Notes: generated from the sequence alone by a model not told the origin. Numbered from the stretch's first letter, positions 38,640-52,368 are shown. The stretch: DNA of 64,000 nucleotides from Octopus sinensis (GCF_006345805.1 NC_043001.1:83452001-83516000); one strand, 5' to 3'. Made by a program: numbers and translations.

Positions 38640-39640
38640 ACTTTGCCGGCCATACATCATCCACACACAACCTAGACACCACATACCAAACTTTTTCAGA
38701 CTCCATGAACAAAAACTTTGAAAGTATTCTCTAATAAAGCAATGCCGATCTCTTTTAACAGAACCCCCACCCCCGAAAACTCGAGTACTACCCTTTCAAG
38801 AAAACCTCATTCATCGAATGCCCTCACTGTCGCTCTAAATACTGGGCCTCGCTATCATCAGTTATATCTCTTCGTGAAAGTACGTCCTGAACATAGCTAT
38901 GACCACATCCCAAAATTTGGCTCTTCTTTTCAGTGTCAAAAATATTGTTGCTACTTGCTGTTTCTAAAATCTGAATATCACGATTAGTTTTATATGGGAG
39001 CAGCACACGGCCAGACAAAATAATCCATCTCCCAGCTAACCAAAGACCACACGTGATCCAGCCTCTGCCCCATAACCGCGCTGCCTTCTCTCTTTACCTT
39101 CTTTTACTACTATAATCGCCTCTGCTTCTCAGAGCTGGCTGGTTTCGTACCAACTCCACTTAAACATTCCCTACCCACTCGCCTCACTTCTTCTTTATCT
39201 CTCTTGATGAACTCACCTCATCATTCATACTCAGAACAATCCATTGTGTCCAAAGGCGGCGAGCTGGCAGAATCGTTAGCACGCCGGACGAAATGCTCAG
39301 CGGTATTTCGTCTCCCGCTACGTTCTGAGTTCAAATTCCGCCGAGGTCAACTTTGCCTTTCATCCTTTCGAGGTCGATTAAATAAGTACCAGTTACGCAC
39401 TGGGGTCGATGTAATCGACTTAATCCGTTTGTCCTCTCTGTGTTTAGCCCTTTGTGGGTAGTAAAGAAATAAGAAGTAAGAAATAAGAAACAATCCATTG
39501 TGTCCATTTTTTCTTCCTCGGAACACCGATTCCCTGAAATTCTCTCACTGCCCCTATCTTACCTGCTGGGGTTGACAGCAACAGTTTCAACGGAACATTA
39601 ATAACGTCAGTATTGCCAATCTCGGAGGTTCTGCATAGCC
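38640..39640 (+). mobile_element. Old CR1/L2-group LINE 3' fragment interrupted by SINE B
   Basis: Degenerate LYLFVKVRP, YYYNRLCFSELAGFVP and FF..T....NSL peptides. Confidence 0.55.
39253..39488 (+). mobile_element. Full-length SINE family B with 18-bp TSD
   Basis: TSD AACAATCCATTGTGTCCA at 39235-39252 and 39489-39506. Confidence 0.92.
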
Positions 39641-40545
39641 ATGAGTACCGTCTCTTCATCCAGACTCAGTAAAGTAGAAAAAAAAATGTTTACTGAAGAT
39701 GAAATTCAATCGTTATACCTTAGAATGTTCTGTTCTTTTTCTTTATTATTATTTTTTTTTTTTTTTGTATTTTCTCACTGAATGCGTGCGTAATTAAGAC
39801 TTTTCTTGGCCTTGATGAGCCTTAATTTATACTAGCCATTGGACCTACGTTTCTGGTTGCCTAATTACAATTGAATCCGAACTGGCTTCAAATTTTGGCG
39901 GAAGGCTAGCGATTTCGAGGAAGGGTGTAAGTTTGCATCGATTCCAATGTTCAACTGGTTCTAATTTAATCGACCCCGAAAGGATGAAAAGGCAAAGTCG
40001 ATCTCGGCGGAATTTGAACTCAGAGCGTAAAGACGGACGAAATGCGCTAAGCATTTTGTCCGGCGTGTTAACGACTCTGCCAGCACGCTGCCTTAACAAT
40101 TAAAATACGCGTTAACACTTCCGTGTGTATTGTGTGTGTGTGTGTGTATTTACTCATTTCTTTCTTTTTAATTGTAATTATTGAAATGAAATAAAAAGTT
40201 TTCTTAAAATTAAAAGCCCGAGGTAGTCTGGAAAAATATAACTGTAGAAACTTTATTGTATTGAGACCGTCAACTATTTTCCTGTAACACCGCCTTATTT
40301 ATTGTATACATAACAGAAACTAAATTGAAAGAAATTTCCGTTTTAACCTATATTGTTCTTCTTCGATACATTTATATAAAACGCAATAAACCGAGAACAA
40401 ACAATCTTTAAAAGATAACATAAAAATTGTTTACTTAATTTCAATTAACAACTCAATTATAATTGAAATAATCAACAATCAACTTGTTTTAATTCTTCAA
40501 TAAATACTAAACAGTGTCTGCGAATGAAATTTCAAAGTAAGCCAC

Positions 40546-40737
40546 ATGGCTGAGACAAGTGTTCCAGCTGCATCGGCAGCTGATGCTGGTGATATCTCAT
40601 CTAATGTGGTCACTATCAACATACAAGGAGGAGGTCATGTTACATTTGCACTGTTTAACAACGTTGGTAATATGAAAGAAGTACGACAGTCTGTGATGAA
40701 CGGAGAAATTGAAGCTGCGCTCTTAAAAACGTCCATG
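40546..40737 (+). CDS. TPRKB: TPRKB (CGI-121, KEOPS/EKC subunit) coding exon 1
   Basis: GCCACATGG start; VTFALFNNVGNMKEVRQSVMNGEIEAALL resembles the CGI-121 N-terminus; donor ATG|gtaacc; 192 nt. Confidence 0.88.
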
Positions 40738-41031
40738 GTAACCACCGTTTATTCGTCTTTATTTTATCGTTAGGGATGAAGAATGTCGGATTAAAATTAA
40801 AAATACTTCTTTTATATTTGCACCCCAAACACTATCTATTTATGAATTGTTCATTCGCTAGAGATATCACACTTAACATTCCTTAACACTATGGTCGATT
40901 TTTATATTTCCTTTCGGGATCCATAAAACACCTAAGATTGCCCTATGATTATTATGATTATTATTCGTCCTGACGGAATGCACATTTGTCCGCTCGTAAG
41001 TTTTTGCCCTGAATTTTTGTTTCCAAAAGTG

Positions 41032-41328
41032 GCATTCAATCGTTTTGAGTCTCAGACTTCTCAAGATTCGTTCGTTAGTTTCCGTGTGCTTGACAGCACG
41101 TGTTATCAACTGTAAACATTGAAATATTATCACTAATACGGCTTTTTCGACGTAGATCTAGTTTTCTTCTGGGAAATTTACATACACAAATGAAATAGGT
41201 AATAGCGAAAACTAGCGACATACACTACATGTACAAAAATGCATACATACATAACTTGCACATTATAAATATGCAAGACTTTCCTCAAGTTTAAAATGCG
41301 ACATGAAACTCAAAACGATTGAATGGCC
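41032..41328. repeat. Inverted repeat / MITE relic in TPRKB intron 1
   Basis: CATTCAATCGTTTTGAGT / ACTCAAAACGATTGAATG. Confidence 0.6.
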
Positions 41329-41499
41329 CAAAAGTTATACTCGAGGATTTACGGTATTCATTATCATTCTGATAAAGCAACGTTTTTCAAAACTCATGAA
41401 TATATCTTTAACTTCTTCAAATGTGGAAAGAGTAATGAAATATGCTTTCTAGCAATTAACACAGTTCAACTTATTTAACTCGAAATTTAACATTTAACA

Positions 41500-42180
41500 C
41501 AGTTCATGAATCTCTCTTTTCCTGGAGCTCTTCTCGAATTCAAGAGTTCTTGATGACAACTTTTGGTATTTCGTCCGGATCTCGTAGTTTGATTACAGAT
41601 AGTGTCTGTAGTCTCAGACTGATCTGTATCACAGTTCATAGTTTTTTCACATTCTCCATTTGTCTGAGTTGTTGGATTCTCAGCAGCTGTCCACAGATGA
41701 CGGCGATTTCATCAATACTGTCTTCCATCTGACGCTGTTATGTTAGGATCTTGGTGTGTCATCAACTGATTTGACAACTCCAGGCTTCCATAACTGTTTT
41801 TCTTGGATCCTGACTTGCTGTCCAGGATTCAAGGGAGGTAACTCTACTTTCTCTCAAAGTAGTACTTTTGCTGTTCTTGACATGCTTTCAGCTGATCATG
41901 TAGCTGTTTCTGGTCTTGTACCTGAGGTTTCAGCAAGGCATCGGCCACAGGTAAGCGACTCTTCAGGTGCCTGCTCATTAGCATTTGAGCTGGTGATAGA
42001 TTGACCATGTCAACTTGTGTATTTCTGTATTTAAGTACAGCTAAGTAGACATCTTGGCCACTAGCTTCTGTTTTCTTGAGCAGATTTTTTACTGTTTGAA
42101 CTGTACGCTCAGCTTGTCCATTTGATTGTGGGTATGTCAGACTTGATGTTGTGTGTTTGAAGTCCCACTCTAGACCAAAG
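41500..42180 (-). mobile_element. Ty3/gypsy LTR-retrotransposon integrase relic
   Basis: WDFKHTTSSLTYPQSNGQAERTVQTVKNLLKK..YLAVLKYRNT..SPAQMLMSR..LP, followed by a purine-rich PPT-like tract. Confidence 0.88.
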
Positions 42181-42518
42181 TGCCTATAGTAGAAAGGATT
42201 ATTATTATTAATTATTTTTTATTTAGGTGGATAGGTGTCAGAATTAGTAGAGCCTCAGACAAAATGCTTCACGATATTTTTTGGGGGTCCCTTAAGTTCT
42301 GAGCTCATATTCCATCAAGGTCAACCCAGCGTATCATCTTTCTTGGCTAGGCTTAAAAAAAAAAAAATTAGTACTAGGGTCAATTTGTTTGACTGAGCTT
42401 CTTCAAGGCAGGGCCCCAGCCTAATGACTGAAACAAGTAAAAGATAAAAGATAACAGTTGATCTTATTTTGTTGTTGTTCTTCAATGAAGCTGAAAAAAG
42501 TTTTGTTTTCATTTTCAG

Positions 42519-42641
42519 ATTCATGACCAGTTCCAAGTCCTCACAGCAGCACACAAGGCTCTTCATCACAGACGTACTAAGAAGATGATTACCAAAAACA
42601 TCCATTCTGAGATACTGTATTGCTTGTCTCCTTTGAAAGGG
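42519..42641 (+). CDS. TPRKB: TPRKB coding exon 2
   Basis: ttttcag|ATT; IHDQFQVLTAAHKALH..KMITKNIHSEILYCLSPLKG; donor |gtaagt; 123 nt. Confidence 0.93.
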
Positions 42642-42767
42642 GTAAGTCCAGTTTGAGAATATGTTGTTGTATGATGTAGTTGAGTTCAGTTCAAGTTCAT
42701 CTACCACAGCAACTGGAAGGTGTTATAATGTGGTGTGAGGAAATTCATCTCAGGTTTACCTAAGTTT

Positions 42768-43803
42768 ATGGTTCTCAACCGGGGTTCATATGACCCCTGA
42801 GGGCCCATAAAAGATTTTGGGGGTAAATAATAAATTGGGGATCTAGGGTAGTATTTGAAGAGCCCCTAAAAAATTTTTGCTTTAGATGTATGTATTGCAA
42901 GAAACAGCTAGATTTTTTTCTCTAACATTTTACATAGTTCAAACTACACAGATGAATGTGTAATGTACACAATAGATATCAACCCTTTCGTTACGGAATT
43001 TATTTTGGGATGCCCTGTATTTCTTTCAGTTACTTTAAATATAACAAAGAATTTAGTATCAGCTTAAAAATAGACTCCGCCGGTTACGACGACGAGGGTC
43101 CCAGCTGATACGATCAACGGAACAGCTTGCTCGTGAAATTAACGTGCAAATGGCTGAGCATTCCACAGACACGTGTACCCTTAACGTAGTTCTCGGGGAT
43201 AATCAGCGTGACACAGAGAGTGACAAGGCTGACCCTTTGAAATACAAGTACAACTCATTTTTGCCAGCTGAGTGGACTGGAGCAACGTGAAATAAAGTGT
43301 CTTGCTCAAGGACACAACGCGTCGCCGGGAATCAAACTCACAACCTTACGATCATGAGCCGAATGCCCTAACCACTAAGCCACGTGCCCTCACCCTAGTA
43401 TCAGCTAGTGTTAGGAACATAAATTATGAAAACAAGACATTTGTACTACAGAGCCAGTTTCAGCCAGGTTGGTAACAAAAGGGTTAAGTATCTGTAAAAG
43501 AAATATTAACCTTTTAGCATTTAAACTGGCCAGATCTAGCAAATCTATTCCATCTGTATTATGGTCAAATTGGACAGAACTGGCCTCTCACACCAACCTT
43601 ACAATATCATTCTAAAAATTAAGTTACTTCGTTAAAATCTCAGAAGCTATATTTCATGATTAGTTCAAAGCATTGAAAATAAGCATCACTTTTCACAGAG
43701 AAATCTGAATACTAAAGGGTTAAACATCAAATGGTCAAGGGATCCACCAAAATAAAATAGTAATCAAAGGGGTCTGTAGATAAAAAAAATAGTTATGGAC
43801 CAC
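42768..43803. mobile_element. Nested transposon stack: hAT-like MITE containing piggyBac-like MITEs containing SINE C
   Basis: GGTTCTCAACC-type end at ~42770; MITE AACCCTTT..AAGGGTTAA at 42981-43487 split by SINE C with TSD TAGTATCAGCT; second TTAA MITE at 43507-43723. Confidence 0.7.
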
Positions 43804-44874
43804 TAAATGAAGTCATAAGTGACTCGAAAATATTTGTATGCTATGAAGTTCATCTGCAGTTTATCCACCACTAACTGGAAGATGTTGTTTAGCCTCAGAT
43901 CAATCTTGATTGAGTAAATCTATGATCATGGCTCCAACCATGACCACCCAGTCACAGAACTGATCAAAAGTATTTGACTGTGACCGTCCTGTCACAGATC
44001 TATGATCAAAGGCCTTCCAGCTGTGACCATCCTGCCATGGAATTATAATCAAAGGCATCCTAGTTGGGACCATATCGTGTCACTTTTTAAAAATGAACTA
44101 TGTATTTTGGACTAGATTATCCAATGAATCCATTCCTTATTTAAGATAGCCAGGTGTAATTTGAGGGAAATTTGGTTGCTATTTCTAGCAGGTCAAATTA
44201 CCATGTAAAGATTGCCTTTAGTGTATTGTGGTGGAACTCTTCTTAGATTCCCTGACTTCGACAAATTCTTCTGTTGCAAGATTTCAGCCATACTCTCCGT
44301 TCTAACATAACATGTCACCCCATTAATGCAAGCTAAAATGCCTTTATTCAAAGTTGTTCCAGCCATGACCTTACCAGTGAATTAACTGAATCAGTAATGC
44401 AAGGTAAAATACCTTTATTCTGAACAAAAAGCAGGTACAGTGTGCCAGTAGGTAGGCTAGTATGAAGGTCTATCAGTCAGAGGGGTCTTTTTTTTTTTTT
44501 TTGGTGGGGGTCCCCAGATTGGTTACGTGTTTAACCAGCATGTCACTAGTCTTGGGGTACTTCTTCTTCATTTAACATCCGTTTTCCATGCTGGCATGGG
44601 TTGGACAGTTAGACTGAAGTCTAGAAAGCTAGCGGCTACACCAGGATCCAATCTGATCTGGCAATGTTTCTTTAGCTGGATGTCTTTCCTAATGCCAACC
44701 ACTCCAAGAGTGTAGTGAGTGCTTTTTACGTGCCACCAGCACAGAAGCAAGTCAGGCGGGCCTGGCATCAATTACGTTTAGATATTGCTTATTTAGCAGA
44801 ATTTAATATTAAAAGCAGGGGTGGCTGTATGGTAAGAAGCTGCACCTATGTTTATTATGCTTTATATATTTCAG

Positions 44875-45048
44875 ATTTCTGACTCCTTCCGTAAGTTTGG
44901 TGTTGGTGACAAAGACATTACATTGTTCACAGCCATCGTTGATGATGTCAACCACACTGTCCTGACACAGATGAAGACAAAGATCAAAGGGGACTTAGTC
45001 TCGGTCTCCTTGCTTCCTCAATTCTCCGATGAAACAGAAATAAAGAAG
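44875..45048 (+). CDS. TPRKB: TPRKB coding exon 3
   Basis: tttcag|ATT; ISDSFRKFGV..IKG..DETEIKK; donor |gtgagt; 174 nt. Confidence 0.93.
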
Positions 45049-47982
45049 GTGAGTGAATCGAGTGAACCGTATCACCACTATTTATATTTAATAACTCTTT
45101 CAATACCAACCCAGTTGAAACCAGCTCTGGCTCTGTAGTACAAATGTCTCATTTTCATAAGTTTTGAATTAAAATCTTCCACCAAACCTTAGTCATAATT
45201 TATGTTCCTTACACCAGCTTAATGATAACCAAGTTATTTTACTAGATTCTTTGTTATTCTTTTACTTGTTTCAGTCATTTGACTGTGGCCATGCTGGAGC
45301 ACCGCCTTTAGTCAAGCAAATCGACCCCAGGACTTATTCTTTGGAAGCCTAGTACTTATTCTATCAGTCTCTTTTGCCAAACCACTAAGTTACGGGGACG
45401 TAAACACACCAGCATCAGTTGTCAAGCAATGTTAGGGGGACAAACACAGATGCACAAACATATATATACATACATATATATATATATATATATGATGGGC
45501 TTCTTTCAGTTTCCATCTACCAAATCCACTCACAAGGCTTTGGTCAGCCCGAGTTTATAGTAGAAGACACTTGCCCAAGGTGCCACACAGTGGGACTGAA
45601 CCCAGAACTATGTGGTTGGTAAGCAAGTTACTTACCACATAGTCACTCCTACACCTATTCACACAGCCACTCCTATGCCTATATATTCAAAATTAATTGA
45701 AAGAAACACAGAGAATCTCAAAATAAATACGGTAACAAAAGGGTTAACTCTTTGCAGTTCTTGCTAAGCATTCTCACTTTCTATCTCTCTATCTCAAATA
45801 TTGGTTTCAAATTTTGGCACAAGGTCAGCAGGTTCAGATAAGGGGTCAGGTCAATTATTTTGGCACAGTGATCAACTGATACTTACTTCAATGTCCCCGA
45901 AAGAATGAAAGGCAATGTCAACCTTGGCAGAATTTGAACTCAGAATACAAAGATGGGCGAAATGCTGCTAAGCATTCTACCAACTCGCTGCTTTAAGCAT
46001 AAAAGGCAAAAATCGACCTTGGCAGAATCTTAACTCAGAACATAAAGACAGACCAAATGCCACCATACATTTTGCCTGGCATGCTAACAATTCTATCAGA
46101 TTGCCACCTTAAGGATGCAAGTCAAAAATTGAACTTAGAATGTGAAGACAGATGAAACGCCACTCAGCCTTTTGCCCAGTGTGCGATTGATTCTGTCAGT
46201 TCGCCACCTTACGGATGAAAAGCAAAAATTGACCTTTCAAAATTTTGCCATAAAAGCATAATACAGAGGGAGTAGCTTGCAGGCTGGACAAAAACATTGA
46301 TGAGATGAATGATGAAAAGGGATGATATTGTTGGGAGAAGACAAAAAACACCCGCCGATTTTTTGCTTCTCTAAAACATTATTCTTTTTTTTTTTACACA
46401 GTAAAAACAATACGAGGTATTAAACCTCTTACTTTAGTTCCATAGTTCATTATAAATTGAGGCACTGAGCCTCTTAAAGACAACAAACCGAGGCATTAAA
46501 CTTCTTACCTTAATTTTGATACACAATACGAGCTCTAAGCCTCTTAATTTTTCCCACTCCACCGTCACCCGACCAGGCTCAATGCCTCACTCAAGCACCT
46601 TGATGGTTCTAGTTTGGAGTGCTTCAGCATGAAGCAGAATGTGTCTTCGAGGAAGGACTCCGTTACCTTGAACAAATTTGTTTCCTACACGACCTCCACA
46701 GCTACCTGTGGAGGCCAATCAGGGTTCTTGGTACAGGTAAGAATCCCTTCCCTTCAACCTTTTTTATTAAACTTTTTGATCATTTTTTGGATTTCCACTC
46801 CCTTGTGGAACAGGCCTACAAATTCCTCCTTCACATAGGGAGAGTCTTCAAATCCCCACTCCGGTGGCACAATTCCCACCGAAGGGGTTTTGGGATATGC
46901 CGGCAGTGTACTAGCAACAGCTGGCAATCATAAAGGAGATTAGAACTAGCTACTTTGCTTAGTAATATCTCTTATCCAGATAATCATACTAGTTAAGTCA
47001 ATTGTGAAAACACATCAAGCCTCTATTCAGTCACTTAACCAGTTAGATGTAACAGCCAAATCTCCCTCAAAAATGTGAACCCTTGAAAAATATGTAAGGA
47101 TTAGTGACCAGAAAATGATCCGGTTACAAAGCAATGCCTCATTATATTTGTCTAATCTGTACTTTAATGACAAAAGAAAAACACAAAATGAATGACCCAA
47201 CACACTAGTTCAGTGTTATTTAGCTAATATTTAATTTCATGGTCAAGTCATGTATGAATGAGGACAGCTGTGTAAAGAAGTGCTGATTTTCTAATTGTGG
47301 AGGGAGTCTGTGAAAGGTGTCGTCCCAGGAAGACATGAGACAACATGGTGAAATATGATCTTTGGTTGTTGAGTTTCACAGAGGCGATGGCAAGTGACTG
47401 AGACTTCTGGCGATTTGCTGTGCTTGAGAAGATACATCAAGCTAAGTGAATCTTGGTGGTTGCTACCACCTATGCTGGTGACACGTAGAGGAAACTAACG
47501 CTGGTGATTCATAGAAGGAACTCATGTTGATGGCACATAAACAGTTCCCATGCCAGTGACACGTACAGGGCACCCATATCAGTGACACATACAGGGGGGC
47601 TGTGCCAGTGACACATACTGAGTGCTGTGCTAGTGACACACAAAATATACCCAGTACACTTTGTAAAATGGTTGGCATTAGGAAGGGCATCCAGCCATAA
47701 AAACCAAGCCTAAACAGGTGATTGGAGCCTGGTGCAGCTCCAATTAAACCATCAGACCTACGTCAGCATGGAAAATAGATGTTAAATGATGACGATGAAT
47801 ACACAGCAGTGTTTAGCAAGCATTGAATGTGTTAGACAGTTGTAGTTAGTGTATGACTATGATAGTTGTTTAGTTATTACTGGACTGTATAAAATACTTA
47901 TTGTTGTTATTGATAATCTAAGTATCATTAATACACTGCAATAAAGAATAGATTATACTTTCACTTTGTTGTTTACTTGCAG

Positions 47983-48075
47983 ATGTACAAAGTTACGGCT
48001 GATGAATTAAACATTGGTAACCTTGTCGATGCTGTTGTCTGTAGAATCGCTGTTAAAGAAATCATTGCAGTCTGA
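47983..48075 (+). CDS. TPRKB: TPRKB coding exon 4 (terminal)
   Basis: cttgcag|ATG; MYKVTADELNIGNLVDAVVCRIAVKEIIAV*; joined protein about 193 aa; AATAAA at 48443. Confidence 0.93.
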   Translation: MYKVTADELNIGNLVDAVVCRIAVKEIIAV

Positions 48076-50941
48076 CAATTTGCTAATGGTAACAGGGAAC
48101 AACATTGGACTTTTGAATTTGCGTTTGTTATTGTTCATATTACATACAATCAAAGCCTTCAGTGTTGTTGTTTTTGAGTTCTGATCAAGTACATCTATAA
48201 AGACATTCCAGCATAATGCTAACATAATCTAATATGTCCTTGCCTTATTTATGACAATAGGGTATGATCTGAAATGTTTAGCTACTATTTCTAGCAGGTC
48301 AAGCAACTATGTAAGAACTTACCCCTTTGGCTCGAGAACTTCAAAGATTGATACTTCATGCAGATGTAGCTAAACACTTAAAATACAGACATCAGTATTG
48401 CTCAACCTCCACCCCCACCCTCAACAGCTGCTGGGTTTAATTAATAAATTTTTTTAAATAATTATTATTATAATATTGGGTTTCATTTCTTTTGTTTGGT
48501 AATTCTTTTACTTGTTTCAGTCATTTGACTTGGCCATGCTGGAGCACCTCCTTTAGTCGAGCAAATTGACCCCAGGACTTATTCTTTGTAAGCCTAGTAC
48601 TTATTCTATCGGTCTCTTTTTGCCGAACCACTAAGTTACGGGGACGTAAACACATCAGCATCTGTTGTCAAGCAATGTTGGTGGGGGACAAACAGACACA
48701 CAAACACATACATATATATATACACACACATATATGACGGGCTTCTTTCAGTTTCCGTCTACGAAATCCATTCACAAGGCTTTGGTCAGCTTGAGGCTAT
48801 AGTAGAAGATACTTGCCCAAGGTGCCACGCAGTGGGACTGAATCTGGAACCATGTGGTTGGTAAGCAAGCTACTTACCACACAGCCAGTTAATTTTTGAT
48901 ATTATTTTAGATTCAAAACAAACTTTTGCTTTTAGCTGTTTCAAAACCATTCTCTCTGTTTTGGAGTATTTTAAAACTGGAACCGGTCAATAAATGTCAA
49001 CATTATCATTGCTTTAACACCATGAATGTGTGTGACTTAGTGGTCTGAGTTGTCAGCTCATGATTGTAAGGTCATGAACACAATCTTTGGTGGTACTTCG
49101 TGTCCTTGAGCAAGACACTCTATTTCACATTCAGTTCACCCAGCTAGCAAAAGTGAGTTCTACCTGTAATTCAAAGGGCCAAACTTTTCATATTGTGTCA
49201 CACTGAATCTCTCTCAGAACTATGTTAAGGATATGCATGCATGTGGAGTGCTCAGCCACTTGCATGTCAATTTCACAAGCAAGCTGTTCTGTTAATTGAA
49301 TCAACTGGAATTTTTGTTGTAACTGATGGAGTGCATGTTGTTTTAACACTCGTTTTTCCATGCTCGCATGGATCGGAATGATCCATACAATTTAGGCAGA
49401 TTTTCTGTCAAGCCTCACCTATTTCCAAGCAAGGTGATGCTTACTATGCCCAAATATTTTCATTGAAGATTACAAGTGGACACCACCTGCATGACCATCA
49501 CACACAATGTGTCCAACCCATGTCAGCATGGAAAATGTATGTTAAATGATGATAATAAGCATTAGTGTGGCTGTGGTGATAAGTTACTTCCCAACCAAAT
49601 GGTTTCAGGTTCAGTCCCGTGTGTGGCACCTTGGGCAAGCATTTGTTATATAGCTTCACACTGACGAAAACCTCTTGAGTTGATTTTGCTGAAGGAAACT
49701 GAAAGAAGCTCATTGTATACCCTTATGTTGACATCATGTAATGTTTATAAACAAGCATTGCTGTCACACCAGAGAGGTTTCCAGTCATCCATGGAGAAAT
49801 ATTACCTCACTTGGAAACAGGTGAGGGTTGATTACAAAAATGACAGCTAACCATAGAAAATCTTCCTCAAAATGCTATCTGAGCCATCAAACATGGAAAA
49901 GTGGACATTAAATGACAATGACAAAAAGAAAGGCTTCTTTCAGTTTCCACCTATCAAATCATATTCAAAGCTTTGGTTGGCTTATTGGTATTTTAGAAGA
50001 CACTTCTTCAGAAAAACTTGTTCTGTTACTGGGTTTCATAAGAAATACCTGTAGTCTGATTCCTGTTTTTATTAACTAGTCAAGTATCTTAGTCAGAAAC
50101 ATAAGTTGATTCTACATAGAGAACCACCAGCATAGTATCTGTGTCTAGGAAGATTAGCCCTACTTTGAAGTTCAGTTTTCCAAAACATTTGTGCCATTCC
50201 CCTCAATCAAGACTAGGGAGCATCCGATTTAAAAATTTGCCCACAATCCATTTTCATCATTAACAAGGTGTGTGGTGGGGTTATAATCAAATGACCAGTA
50301 GTATTGTTATCAAATTAACAAATGACCAATAGCACTGTCTTCCGTTTAACTTTGTAAGGTACAACAAGGCATTGAGCAACATGGTTAAGGTTTCGATACT
50401 AACTACAAGAACTGTAATGCTTTGCCTCCATGCAATGTGTATCAGTTTGCTTGCTATTTTTCCTTAAGGTCGTGAGAAGTGCAAGCAGCAGATGAAACAT
50501 AACACTGAGAAATAGTGAAAGGTTACATCAATATAATGATTTGTAATATTTATTTCACATGGTTCCTGTTCACTCATTGGTGCCAAGATGTGTTGTAGCC
50601 TTTACCTTTCCCTTGGATAACATCAGTGGTGTAAAGATGGGAGGTTGGTATGCTTTGGCAACTGCTGGTCTCCCATAAAACAACCTTGCCCAGACTTGTG
50701 CCTCGGAAGGGAACTTTTTAGGTGCAATCTCATGGTCAGTATAAAGAGACATAACTCAACTTCAATTTCTGCCGGTTCTGCTTATCACCGCCATATTTTG
50801 AATGTCCATTTTTCCATGAGTTCACAACTCGAGGCAGTTTTCAAGTAAGGTAATATTGGAAATGAATGACAATAACACTTATTTACAACTAAGATGCAAT
50901 GTCAAGACAAGGACAAACATATATGTACGACAGGCTTCTTT

Positions 50942-51192
50942 CTTTACATTATTTACATTCGACGGATATTTGTCCTCATCTTGTTTGTTGTTAACACAAC
51001 GTTTCGCCTTCTTCAGGTGTCTTGGGGGAATTTCGAACCTGGGTTCTCATTCCTAAGGTATTCTTCAATGGACGTAGAAGGGACATAACTCAACTTCAAT
51101 TCCTGCCAACGGGCATATGGTGTAGTGGTTAAGAGCGCTGGGTACTAACCCCAAGATTCTGAGTTCGATTCCAAGCAGAGACCTGAACAGTA

Positions 51193-51231
<39 letters not shown>

Positions 51232-51406
51232 TCGAAAAATACCTTAGGAATGAGAACCCAGGTTCGAAATTTCCCCAAGACACCTGAAGAAGGCTTGGAA
51301 GGTATATCAGCTGAAACGTGAACAACAAACAAGATGACAAATATCCGTCGAATGTAAATAATTTAAATAATGTACATAATTCATCGTCTCATAAATATAG
51401 AACTGT
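50942..51406 (+). mobile_element. tRNA-head/hammerhead-tail element preceded by an inverted copy of its own tail
   Basis: Forward element at 51109-51406 (head, (AAT)n, tail with GACAC-CTGAAGA..GAAAC); 50942-51066 is the reverse complement of the tail. Confidence 0.8.
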
Positions 51407-51586
51407 AGGCTTCTTTCTTGTTACTAAGTCTACTTACAAGACTGGTCAGCCTGGAGTTAAAGTAGAAAACAATAGCCCAAGGTATTACACACAAGGAGAC
51501 TGAACCTGAAACCATGTGTGACCAAGAAGAAAGCTTCTTAGCCTCACAGCTACCCTTGCACAATTGATAGAATCAGTATCATTTAA

Positions 51587-51890
51587 CACTAGAAGTACCA
51601 ACATTTCTTACTTCTTGCAAGGACCATAGTGGTCGTTTTTGACCGATATTGAAAATCTTTATTTAATATAATTTATTTTAAATGTAAGCTAATGCAGTGA
51701 ATAAAGGATTCGAAAAATTTATTTATGTTCAAAAATATATACACACACACACATATATATGAAATGGGTTCAAAAATATATACACACACATATGTATGAA
51801 ATGGTGCTCATGATTGTGCATTCAGTAGTCGTAGTAATTAAAAAGTAGAAAGCAAAAGCGGTCATACACGACTGCTTGGTACTTCTAGTG
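51587..51890. mobile_element. piggyBac-like MITE
   Basis: TTAA|CACTAGAAGTACCAA ... TTGGTACTTCTAGTG|TTAA. Confidence 0.85.
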
Positions 51891-51919
51891 TTAAGTTATA
51901 AAAATAAAGAAAACTTCTA

Positions 51920-52368
51920 TCGTTGTATTTCGGAATGGTCATTTTGCCAGTTTAGCCAATAAAAACATGCGCACTATATTGGTGTTACTTTGCTTCAGTG
52001 TTATTTATTTTTTACATTGAACTTAATCTTATTTCGAATGTAATTAAACAGAAGATACAAATATTACAGGCATTTCCCCCCACGCAAACACTAACTAAAC
52101 ATAGACGCACATAGAGATATACGCATGCACAAATGAAGACACATACAATAGAAATACAAAATGGCTGACAGTTAGTAAGGAGAGACACAAAGAAGAAAGC
52201 AAAGGACCACTGATGCGGTCACAGGAGTGTGACAAAAGAACTCTGGCCGTAATAAGATTAAGTTTAATGTAAAAAATAAATAACACTGAAGCAAAGTAAC
52301 ACCAAATATATAGTGCGTGTGTTTTTATTGGCTAAACTGGCAAAATGACCATTCCGAAATACAACAAT
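51920..52368. repeat. Long inverted repeat (~115-bp arms, ~215-bp spacer)
   Basis: TTGTATTTCGGAATGGTCATTTTGCCAGTTTAGCCAATAAAAAC... versus its reverse complement at 52250-52368. Confidence 0.9.
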
